Origin: Phycisphaerae bacterium
Lineage (GTDB): Bacteria > Planctomycetota > Phycisphaerae > SM23-33
Direction: 5' to 3'
NCBI GenBank assembly: GCA_021108335.1
Contig: JAIORC010000146.1
Coordinates: 1-52,593 of the forward strand
Length of the DNA stretch: 52,593 nt
In this document: one piece after another, positions 27,362 to 35,618 of the stretch
How positions within the stretch are numbered: position 1 is the stretch's first letter
Layout of the letters: each line of letters starts with the position of its first letter
Notes under the pieces: model-generated
Seen by the model: only the letters and a program-made list of their open reading frames with translations
Told to the model about the DNA's origin: nothing
Databases searched by the model: none
Program-made: the position numbers and the translations under genes

Positions 27362-30274
27362 CTATAACGCTTCGAGCGATTTATTGACAGCATCGAGATT
27401 GCGTTGCATTTCTTCGAGGCGTTTTTGTTCCTGCCCAACGACATTGGCTGGGGCGTTGGCGAGGAATTTTTCGTTGCCGAGTTTGCCTTCCACGCCTTTG
27501 ACTCCCTTGACGAGGACAGCCTGCTGTTTTTCCAGCCGGGCGCGTTCGGCAGCCTTGTCGACAACCCCAAGCACATAAACTTTAATCGCTCCGACAACCA
27601 GTGCAGCCGCGTTGGCCGGTGGGATAACTTCCTCATACGAAACGCTGCACTGGCCCAGATTTGTCAGCGATTTGAGAATATCGAGATTCGCGGTAACAAT
27701 CTCCGTCTCGTGCAGGCCTTCGATAGCCTCTATCAACACATCCACTTTCTGCTTCGGAGGAATATTGTTCTGCTTTCGCACGTTGCGGATATGCCGGACG
27801 ATATTTTGCAGCGTCGCGAATGTCGCCTCGGCCGGCGGGTTGATAGTTTCGCCGTCAGCCAGCGGCCATTGCGCGAGGATCAACTGTTCCTCAGCCTGGG
27901 TGTCGCCGGGGCCTCGCCGGGGGACAGCCTTGTTGAGCTGCGCCCAGATTGCCTCGGTAATAAACGGCATAACCGGGTGCAGCAGGCGGAGCGTAACGTC
28001 GAGGCAGTGTGCGAGGATAGCCTTGGGCGCCCGCTCGCCGCCGGCGATGCGTATCTTGGCGATTTCCAGGTACCAGTCACACAGATCGTCCCAGAGGAAA
28101 TGGTAGAATTTCTCGGCCAGGTCGTTGAAACGGTATGATTCGATAGCCGCCGTCGCGTCGCGGACGGTGGCGTTGAGGCGGCTGAGTATCCACGCGTCGG
28201 CGATGTTGTCGCAGGGGCGGATAGCACCCCACGCGGGCGTCCGCAGCAGATTGCCCAGCACAAATCGGCTGGCGTTCCACAGCTTGTTGCACAGGTTTCT
28301 GCCGATGTCGAATTTCGGCGACGAATTCACCTCCCGCCCGTCGGGCAGCGTCATTTTCGCCAGCGGCATGCGGACGTCCTGCGTCTGCGTGGTCATGCTC
28401 ACAAGCGTATATCGCATCGCGTCGGCGCCGTGGGTGTCTATGACCTCCAGCGGGTCAACGCCATTACCGAGGCTTTTGCTCATCTTCCGCCCCTGACCGT
28501 CCTGGATCATCGCGTGGATGAACACCTCGCGAAAGGGAATGTCGCCCACGCAGTACTGGCCCATCATGACCATACGGCTGACCCACAGCGTGATAATCTC
28601 GCGGGCGGTGGACAGCACGTCGCCGGGGTAGAATTTTTTCATCTCCGGCGTCTCGTCCGGCCAGCCCAGCGTACTGAACGGCCAGAGAGCACTGCTGAAC
28701 CACGTATCCAGCACGTCGGGGTCGCGCTGATAGCCGTCGGCTTCGAGTTGCTGTTGGATGTCATCGTTGCCGGGGGCGACACAAACATAAGTAATCGGCC
28801 CGTCGTCGGAATCCATTACCGTCGATTGCACCTTCTCGACTTCTGTCGCCAGCTTGCCGTCCTGCTCCCCGCCGGATTTCGACCAGATGGGAATCTGATG
28901 TCCCCACCACAGTTGTCGGCTGATTGGCCAATCGCGGAGATTTTCCAGCCAGGTCTGGTATGTTTGGGCGTAGCGTTCCGGGGTGAATTTCAGCCGCTCG
29001 TCCAGCAGCGGCGTCAACGCCAGGCCGGCCAATGAATTTACCGGTACGTCCGTGCCGTCGATGAGTCCTTCGTCGGACCGGGCCGGAATCTGCTTTTTCA
29101 CTGCGACGTACCACTGGTCGGACAGGTACGGCTCGATCGGCACATGGCTGCGATAACTGTGCCCGACGGGGTGCGTATAATCTCGCACGTCTTCCAGCAG
29201 TTTCTCGTTCTTGAACCATTCAACAATAGCGGCACGGGCCTCGAAGCGATCCAGGCCGACGAGGTTCTGCGCTTCGGGGGTGTTGCAATCCTCCCAGCCG
29301 TGCGCCTCGGAAATGGTGCCGTCCGGGGCCATGATGTTTATCATGGGCAGGTCGTGTCGCTGGCCAATCTGGTAGTCGTCCGGGTCGTGGGCAGGGGTAA
29401 CCTTCAAAAAGCCGGTGGAAAATTTCGCCTTGTCGTCGTCGGATTCCGGATCAGCCGGCACCACGTGTTCGTCGGCAATGATAGCAATCTTCCGCCCGAC
29501 AATCGGCAGCCGCACCATTTTGCCGACGAGCGCCCCGGCCCGCGGGTCGCGCGGATTCATCGCCACGGCGGTATCGCCCAACATGGTCTCCGGGCGGGTG
29601 GTAGCCACGGTTACATGATCTATAATCTTGCCGTCACACTCCACCGGCTCGACCAGCGGATATTTGAGATACCAGAAATGCCCGTGAACGTCCTGATGTT
29701 CCACTTCGTCGTCGGCGAGGACGGTCTGCGTGGCTGGGTCCCAGTTCACCAGGCGTTTGCCACGATAAATCAGCCCGTCGGCGAACAGTTGAAAGAACGT
29801 CGCGCGGACGGCTTTGGCGCAGGTTTCGTCCATGGTGAACCGCTGACGCCGCCAGTCGCAACTGCAACCCATCTTCTTGAGCTGATCGGTAATGCGGATT
29901 TCGTACTGGTCTTTCCATTCCTGGATTCGCTCGACGAACTCGGCCCGGGGGAAGTCGGTGCGGCGTTTGCCTTCTTCGGCGAGGATGCGTTTTTCCACGA
30001 CGGTTTGCGTGGCGATACCGGCATGGTCGCAGCCGGGCATCCAGAGCGTGGCGTATTGGCACATCCGCCGGTAGCGGATCAGCACGTCCTGGAGCGTATT
30101 GTTCAGCGCATGGCCGAGGTGGAGGGCAGCCGTAACGTTGGGCGGCGGAATCACCATGCAAAACGCAGCCCGCTCGTCGGCAGGTTCCGCGTTGAACGCC
30201 CCGGAGGCCGTCCACGCTTCATATACGTCGGCTTCCACCTGCCGCGGGTTATACACTGTCGCCAATTCCGTCAT
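27362..30274 (-). CDS. valS: Valine--tRNA ligase
   Basis: PPPNVTAALHLGHA, DHAGIATQ, VATTRPETMLGD, DWPISRQLWWGH, DVLDTWFSSALWPF, KMSKSLGN, C-terminal KLGNEKFLANAPANVV arm. Confidence 0.98.
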   Translation of the reverse strand: MTELATVYNPRQVEADVYEAWTASGAFNAEPADERAAFCMVIPPPNVTAALHLGHALNNTLQDVLIRYRRMCQYATLWMPGCDHAGIATQTVVEKRILAEEGKRRTDFPRAEFVERIQEWKDQYEIRITDQLKKMGCSCDWRRQRFTMDETCAKAVRATFFQLFADGLIYRGKRLVNWDPATQTVLADDEVEHQDVHGHFWYLKYPLVEPVECDGKIIDHVTVATTRPETMLGDTAVAMNPRDPRAGALVGKMVRLPIVGRKIAIIADEHVVPADPESDDDKAKFSTGFLKVTPAHDPDDYQIGQRHDLPMINIMAPDGTISEAHGWEDCNTPEAQNLVGLDRFEARAAIVEWFKNEKLLEDVRDYTHPVGHSYRSHVPIEPYLSDQWYVAVKKQIPARSDEGLIDGTDVPVNSLAGLALTPLLDERLKFTPERYAQTYQTWLENLRDWPISRQLWWGHQIPIWSKSGGEQDGKLATEVEKVQSTVMDSDDGPITYVCVAPGNDDIQQQLEADGYQRDPDVLDTWFSSALWPFSTLGWPDETPEMKKFYPGDVLSTAREIITLWVSRMVMMGQYCVGDIPFREVFIHAMIQDGQGRKMSKSLGNGVDPLEVIDTHGADAMRYTLVSMTTQTQDVRMPLAKMTLPDGREVNSSPKFDIGRNLCNKLWNASRFVLGNLLRTPAWGAIRPCDNIADAWILSRLNATVRDATAAIESYRFNDLAEKFYHFLWDDLCDWYLEIAKIRIAGGERAPKAILAHCLDVTLRLLHPVMPFITEAIWAQLNKAVPRRGPGDTQAEEQLILAQWPLADGETINPPAEATFATLQNIVRHIRNVRKQNNIPPKQKVDVLIEAIEGLHETEIVTANLDILKSLTNLGQCSVSYEEVIPPANAAALVVGAIKVYVLGVVDKAAERARLEKQQAVLVKGVKGVEGKLGNEKFLANAPANVVGQEQKRLEEMQRNLDAVNKSLEAL

Positions 30275-30281
30275 ACGATTA

Positions 30282-31919
30282 TTACCCTTCCGTGCTTTTT
30301 TCTTTTTCGATGAGCAGTTTGTATTCGATGGCGTCGGCCAGCGCCAGCCAGGACGCGTCTACTATGTTTTCGTCCGTGCCGACCGAGCCGAAACAGGCAC
30401 CGGTATTCGCGTCGCGCCACTCGATTACCACGCGAACCCGTGCGGCGGTCTCGGCCTGCGTGTTGACCACTCGCACGCGATAATCCATCAGGTGCAGGTC
30501 GTCCACGTGCGAATATTCATCCCGCAACGCCGCTTTAAGAGCCTTGGTCAGCGAGTCCACCGGCCCGTCGCCCTCGGCAACGGTGTGCACGGGCTTGCCG
30601 TCTCTCACGATTTTTACGGTGGCCTCGGTAAGGGCCTCTTCGCTGCCGCGTTTGAGAATGACGCACCGATAGTGGTCAAGCTCCCACAGCGACTGATACC
30701 ACTTGCCGCCCAGCGTTTTGCGGACGAGCATTTCCAGGGAGGCCTCGGCGGCTTCGAACTCGTAGCCTTCGCCTTCCATATCCATGACCCGCTGGAGTAC
30801 CTTTCGCTGCGAGTCCTTGTCGTCGGCGATGTTGAATTTTTTCGGCACAGCCGCGGCGATGTTGCTCACACCGGACAATTCGCTGACCAGCACGCGGCGG
30901 GCATTGCCCACGACGGCGGGGTCGATGTGCTCGTAGGTGGAGACGTTCCGCTGGACGGCGTGGACGTGCATGCCGCCCTTGTGCGCGAAGGCTGCCGAGC
31001 CGACGAACGGCTGATGCTCCCGCAGGTTCAGGTTCGCCAGTTCGTATATCAGCCGGCTGATCTCGGAAAGTTTCGCAATCGCGCCCGGTTGGAGTACATC
31101 GCAGCCGTATTTCAAGGCAAGGTTCGCCGCGACGCAGACCAGGTCGGCATTGCCGCACCGCTCGCCGATGCCGTTGATCGTACCCTGCACGTGGACGGCG
31201 CCGCTGCGGACGGCTATCAGCGAATTTGCCACCGCCAGGCCGCTGTCGTTATGACAATGGATGCCGATTTTCACGTCGCCGAAAGTCTCAGCCACGGTGC
31301 GGGTTACCTCGGCGATGTAATCCGAGGTTGAGCCGCCGTTCGTATCGCACAACGCCAGGCAAACCGCCCCGGCATCGCAGGCGGACTGCAGCGTCGCGAT
31401 GGCGTATTCGGGATTGGCCCGATAGCCGTCGTAAAAATGCTCGGCGTCGTAAATCGCCTCCCTGCCGGCTTTTGCCATGATCTGCACCGAATCGAAGATC
31501 ATCTCGCGATTTTCGTCTTCACTTACCCGCAACACGTCGCGGACGTGCAAGTCCCAGGTTTTGCCCACGATGGTAACCGCCGGCGCGCCGCTGTTCAGCA
31601 GCGCCTGCATGCCGACGTCCTGCTCGGCGGTGATATTCTTGCGGCGCGTCATGCCGAAGGCGGCGATCCGGGCGGTCTTGAGATTCAGCTTGGCAACCTC
31701 CTGGAAAAACTGCTCGTCCTTCGGATTGCTCAGCGGATAGCCGCCCTCGATGTAATCCACGCCCAAAGCGTCGAGATGCTCGGCAATTTCCAATTTATCC
31801 TTCAAAGAGAAATTCACCCCCTGGGCCTGCGTACCGTCCCGGAGAGTCGTATCGTATAATTCCACCCGTTTCGATTTCATTGTTTCCGCATTTTTCGCAT
31901 TTTTTACTTTCGCATTCAT
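30282..31919 (-). CDS. cimA: Citramalate synthase (LeuA family)
   Basis: YDTTLRDGTQ, YIEGGYPLSNPKD, VGKTWDLHV, DAEHFYDGY, HCHNDSG, AFAHKGGMHV, EGDGPV; GGAG RBS before 31919. Confidence 0.92.
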   Translation of the reverse strand: MNAKVKNAKNAETMKSKRVELYDTTLRDGTQAQGVNFSLKDKLEIAEHLDALGVDYIEGGYPLSNPKDEQFFQEVAKLNLKTARIAAFGMTRRKNITAEQDVGMQALLNSGAPAVTIVGKTWDLHVRDVLRVSEDENREMIFDSVQIMAKAGREAIYDAEHFYDGYRANPEYAIATLQSACDAGAVCLALCDTNGGSTSDYIAEVTRTVAETFGDVKIGIHCHNDSGLAVANSLIAVRSGAVHVQGTINGIGERCGNADLVCVAANLALKYGCDVLQPGAIAKLSEISRLIYELANLNLREHQPFVGSAAFAHKGGMHVHAVQRNVSTYEHIDPAVVGNARRVLVSELSGVSNIAAAVPKKFNIADDKDSQRKVLQRVMDMEGEGYEFEAAEASLEMLVRKTLGGKWYQSLWELDHYRCVILKRGSEEALTEATVKIVRDGKPVHTVAEGDGPVDSLTKALKAALRDEYSHVDDLHLMDYRVRVVNTQAETAARVRVVIEWRDANTGACFGSVGTDENIVDASWLALADAIEYKLLIEKEKSTEG

Positions 31920-32016
31920 TTTATCTCCAATTCATCCGCTGGCGGATGTTTGCGAGTCTGTTCTGCTATATGTTGCATCTTAGCGCCGCGGCCAGGGATG
32001 CCCGCCGCGAAATGTG

Positions 32017-32044
32017 ATTATAGACTTTGGCCCGGAATCGTCAA
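32017..32044 (-). promoter_or_regulatory. Sigma70 promoter of cimA-valS
   Basis: Minus strand TTGACG-N16-TATAAT. Confidence 0.65.
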
Positions 32045-32047
32045 CCA

Positions 32048-32640
32048 CGGGGAAAAGCGGGAACCGGGAAAAACAACAACCGGAAAAACGGGAACTGGGA
32101 ACCGGGGAGAAACAAAAACAGGGAAAAACGACAACGAAAAGCAGGAACCAGGAACCGGGAGCAAATACATTTCAGCGCGGCGGCCTTCCCAGGCCGCCGC
32201 AACACCGGCGCCGGTGGGCTGAAAACCTGAAAATGGAAAATTGTAAATTGGGTGGCATGGCTTGCTTGCAAGCCATGTGTTTTTCGTGGGAGATTCCAGA
32301 CATCGTGGCTGTCGCTTCGCTCCCGCCACGGCACCCCTCAATGTAAATCGCGCGACGACGACACCGGTGGGCACAGGCTTGCCCCAAAGGAGTTTGTAAC
32401 CCCCTTGGGGCAAGCCTGTATCGTGGTGGCCTGGGAAGACCACCACGCGTAGGGTGGGTGCTTGCACCCACGCAGTGGGCCGAGAACCGGGCATGGAAAA
32501 TGGAACATTGCAAATTGGGTGGTACGGTTCCTGTTGTTTTGTTTCCCCGTTCCAGCGTGGGTGCAAGCACCCACCCTACAGTTTTCCCGTTTTTCCCGGT
32601 TCCTGGTTCCCTGTTTTCCCTGTTTTCCCCGGTTCCCGTT
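32048..32640. repeat. Large composite REP mosaic bracketed by oppositely oriented heptamer tracts
   Basis: GGGAACC/GGAAAAA tract 32048-32160; C-variant 32177-32200; D 32250-32277; hybrid A 32370-32419; C 32423-32446; inverted B pair 32449-32473 and 32555-32579; TTTTCCC/GGTTCCC tract 32581-32640. Confidence 0.85.
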
Positions 32641-32641
32641 G

Positions 32642-33796
32642 TTACACAGTCAGTGGCGGGGCCGAGGCGCAGGTTATTACTACGTTGTCCCAGACGGTTT
32701 TGGCGTTGACGTTTCGCCAGAGTAGTTGTTCGTAGCGGCTGAGTTGTTCGAGAATCTCCGCCAGTTGGATTGGGCTGAATTTCGCGGCGATGGCGGCGAC
32801 CGCCTGTTGCTGATCCGCATTTACCAACGGCCGCGACGTGCCGGTAGCCAACGTCATCGCGTCGCGGAACGCCCCGGCGACAAGCTGCAACATCGTACCG
32901 ATAATCTGCCGCGTGGCGAGATTTTTCGACAAAGTCGCGTCGTCCTGCTTCTTTACGCGTTTGACTTCATTCTCAGCCAGCGTGTCGGAAGTCTTAGCCA
33001 GGTATTCGCTCAGCTTGGCGTCGCCGGCAGCCGACAGTTGGGCGATTTTGTCGATAACGTCCCGCTTGATTCCGTACATCCCAGCCTCGGCCAATTGCAG
33101 CGCCCGCCCGACTGAACCAGCCGTAAACTGCGCCCAGAATTCCGCCTCCGCCGCGTCCGTGTCAGCCTCGGTCAGCCGTGCCGCTACGAAATCCGTCGGC
33201 AGCGGGCCAAAGCGGATCAGCGAACAGCGGCTTCGTGTCGTCGGCAGGAGGGTTTCGGGGCGTTGGGCCAGCAGGATAATCGTTACGCCCTTGGGCGGCT
33301 CTTCCAGGGTCTTCAGCAGGGAGTTCTGGGCCTCGGCGGTCATCAGCTCGGCCTCTTTGACGATGTAGACCTTGCCGCGGCCGTACATCGGTGCCCGCCC
33401 GACGGGGTCGATGATGAACTGGCGGATTACCGGAATGCCCAGCGACTGCATGACACGGCTGCGGACGGACGCGTCGTCGTGGTAACGGGCCAGTTCCTTG
33501 CTGACCAGTTGGAAGTCGCCGTGCGTGTCGGCTTCGATCATTCTGCAACTGTCGCAGGCGTCGCACGGCAAGCGGACCGGTTCGTCGTCGCCCAGTCCCA
33601 CGAGTCGGCCGTTGTTCGGGCCTGTGTCCGGCTGCTCGCACAACAGCAGCTTGGCCAGTGCGGTGGCGGTGGTTCGCCGGCCCACGCCCCTCGGCCCAGC
33701 GAAAAGAAACGCGTGCGGCATACGCTGGGCGGCAAGATTCCTCTGCAGCCGGGCGACGGCAGCGTCCTGGCCGATTATGTCAGCGAAGTTAATCAT
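32642..33796 (-). CDS. holB: DNA polymerase III delta' subunit
   Basis: FADIIGQ, PHAFLFAGPRGVGR, Zn-binding C...CDACDSC, AQNSLLKTLEEPP, LLPTTRSRC; TGATG-coupled to tmk. Confidence 0.92.
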   Translation of the reverse strand: MINFADIIGQDAAVARLQRNLAAQRMPHAFLFAGPRGVGRRTTATALAKLLLCEQPDTGPNNGRLVGLGDDEPVRLPCDACDSCRMIEADTHGDFQLVSKELARYHDDASVRSRVMQSLGIPVIRQFIIDPVGRAPMYGRGKVYIVKEAELMTAEAQNSLLKTLEEPPKGVTIILLAQRPETLLPTTRSRCSLIRFGPLPTDFVAARLTEADTDAAEAEFWAQFTAGSVGRALQLAEAGMYGIKRDVIDKIAQLSAAGDAKLSEYLAKTSDTLAENEVKRVKKQDDATLSKNLATRQIIGTMLQLVAGAFRDAMTLATGTSRPLVNADQQQAVAAIAAKFSPIQLAEILEQLSRYEQLLWRNVNAKTVWDNVVITCASAPPLTV

Positions 33797-34449
33797 CAGA
33801 AGCAACTCTCCAGCAATTCGAGAATACGCACAGCCACATCTTCCGGCGAGGCCGCCGCGTCGACGTTGACGACCGGGCCTGGGTAGTCATCCGCCAATTC
33901 GCTGAATGCCTGGCGAACCTTATCGTGATACTCGTCGCTGCGGGATTCCAGTCGGTCGCGGGTTTTGCCCACGCGGGCCATCCCGACTTCCACCGGCACG
34001 TCGAGAATGATGGTCAAGTCCGGCCAGAGATGCCCGGTGGCCAGCTCACCCAGTTCGACGATCATTTTTTTATCGACGCCCAGTGCGCCCTGGTAGGCCA
34101 GCGTCGCCGAGATGAACCGATCGCAGAGCACCACCTGCCCCGCTGCCATCGCCGGCCGCACCACCTCGTCAACCAACTGGGCGCGGCTGGCCATGAACAG
34201 CATGGTCTCGCACATCGGGCTTAGGGACAATTCCTTGGCATGCAGCAGAATATCGCGGATCCGCTGGCCGGTGTCCGTACCGCCGGGGTCGACAGCCCGG
34301 CAAACCGCAAGGCCCGCCGACTCCAGAGACTTTTGCAGCATATTCAACTGCGTAGTCTTGCCGCCGCCGTCCGGGCCGTCCACGACCAGAAACTTCCCGG
34401 GCAATTTTTTCAGTAATTCGCCCTTCAACCTCTCAGCCAAATCATTCAT
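33796..34449 (-). CDS. tmk: Thymidylate kinase
   Basis: VDGPDGGGKTTQ, LFMASRAQL, VLCDRFISATLAYQG, PDLTIILDV, DRLES. Confidence 0.95.
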   Translation of the reverse strand: MNDLAERLKGELLKKLPGKFLVVDGPDGGGKTTQLNMLQKSLESAGLAVCRAVDPGGTDTGQRIRDILLHAKELSLSPMCETMLFMASRAQLVDEVVRPAMAAGQVVLCDRFISATLAYQGALGVDKKMIVELGELATGHLWPDLTIILDVPVEVGMARVGKTRDRLESRSDEYHDKVRQAFSELADDYPGPVVNVDAAASPEDVAVRILELLESCF

Positions 34450-34509
34450 GCAAACAGTATCGCCGGGCAAGGCTACGTTGACAAGAGTTCATTGCATATA
34501 TCACGGCGG

Positions 34510-34802
34510 GGTGGCACAGGTTTGTAACCTGTGCCTGTAAACGCACACAGCGCGGCGGCCTTCCCAGGCCGCCGCGAATACGGGTCCGAATACGGGCAAA
34601 ACCGTGGTGGCCTGGGAAGGCCACCACGCGTAGGGTACGCCCACGCGGGACGAAAAACACATGGCTTGCAAGCAAGCCATGCCACCCAAACCAAATAAGA
34701 AAATCACGGGCCATTCATCCCCCAGGGGGCCACCCAACTTTCGCGCGGCGAAGGTGGCACAGGTTTGTAACCTGTGCCGTGGTGGCATGGGAAGGCCACC
34801 AC
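34510..34802. repeat. REP mosaic (A, C-variant, C, D, E, A, C)
   Basis: Copies at 34510, 34552, 34604, 34660, 34716, 34753, 34779; 34650-34689 is identical to the reverse complement of about 32248-32287. Confidence 0.85.
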
Positions 34803-34813
34803 GCAATGCGGGA

Positions 34814-35191
34814 TCAATTTGCCCGAGGCGTGAACCGGACGCCGGCGAGCTTTTCGAAGTGGGCGTCCTGGGTCCAGACGGTGGCGTCGTGGCGTCTGGC
34901 GGTGGCGTAGATGATGCTGTCCGCCAGCGGCAGTGCGTAACGCCGGCCGAGGCGGGCAGCCTCGATGGCCAGGCTGGCGTCGAAATCGACGACCTGCCCA
35001 GTTTGGATATGTGCAACCGCCTCAAGGGCGACAGTCTCGTCGCGCTGTTGCAGCAGCCGTTTGAATACTTCCGTAATCACGATAGTCGGCACGAGCAATT
35101 CATCGGCGTTCTCGATCGCCAGGGCAAAGGCCTCGGCATTGACGCCGTCGGCGAAATATTCCAGCCAGCCGCAGGAATCGACGAGATTCAT
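34814..35191 (-). CDS. vapC: PIN-domain toxin
   Basis: MNLVDSCGWLEYF, VPTIVITEV, LPLADSIIYATA, VWTQDAHF; ATGA overlap with the antitoxin. Confidence 0.93.
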   Translation of the reverse strand: MNLVDSCGWLEYFADGVNAEAFALAIENADELLVPTIVITEVFKRLLQQRDETVALEAVAHIQTGQVVDFDASLAIEAARLGRRYALPLADSIIYATARRHDATVWTQDAHFEKLAGVRFTPRAN

Positions 35192-35394
35192 ACCCGATCC
35201 TCGTCCCGAGCGACATCGGTATCAATGCCCCTCGCGATACCACGCAGCGACTTCATCGGCCGAAGCGGAATAAATTCGATGCGATTGTTGTACTCAATAA
35301 CCTGCACCTTTTCGCCCGGCTTAAGATGCAGCCGCTCGCGAACCGCCCGCGGAATCACGACCTGAAATTTGGGAGATATGGTAACCGCTGTCAT
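35188..35394 (-). CDS. vapB: AbrB/MazE/SpoVT-family antitoxin
   Basis: VTISPKFQVVIPRAVRERLHLKPGEKV; GGAG RBS. Confidence 0.92.
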   Translation of the reverse strand: MTAVTISPKFQVVIPRAVRERLHLKPGEKVQVIEYNNRIEFIPLRPMKSLRGIARGIDTDVARDEDRV

Positions 35395-35404
35395 GCAAAT
35401 ACTC

Positions 35405-35444
35405 CATCGATAAGACTACTGTAATACTACGATGCTATCGATAG
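35405..35444. promoter_or_regulatory. Candidate vapBC autoregulatory operator
   Basis: ATCGATA (35406-35412) ... TATCGAT (35436-35442) inverted pair; CTATCGATAG is a perfect palindrome. Confidence 0.45.
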
Positions 35445-35460
35445 AAAATCAAGGTGTTTT

Positions 35461-35611
35461 TGTAAAAACAGGAACCAGGAAAAACAAAAACTGGGTGGCA
35501 CGACCTCTGGGGAGCTGTGTATTTTTCGGTTTCCGCGTGGGTGCAAGCACCCACCCTACAATCGTGGGTGTCGCTGCGAACCCTCCGGCCTCAAGCCTCC
35601 GGCCTCCAGCC
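35461..35611. repeat. Heptamer tract, degenerate REP, family B copy and GCCTCCG-type heptamers
   Basis: AAAAACAGGAACCAGGAAAAAC; B copy 35535-35559; CCTCCGG-CCTCAAG-CCTCCGG-CCTCCAG just after the topA stop. Confidence 0.7.
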
Positions 35612-35618
35612 TGAAGTT

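Noticed and set aside
31916-31978. Leader peptide attenuator before cimA (MQHIAEQTRKHPPADELEIK*)
   Set aside because: No run of Ile/Leu/Val codons and no terminator with a U-tract.
32014-32735. Several overlapping ORFs between cimA and holB
   Set aside because: Translations of REP and heptamer repeats; the same peptides (VQAPTL, MACLQA) recur in ORFs over other repeat copies.
34510-34802. Possible CRISPR array
   Set aside because: Repeats belong to different families, spacing is irregular, there are no unique constant-length spacers and no cas genes.
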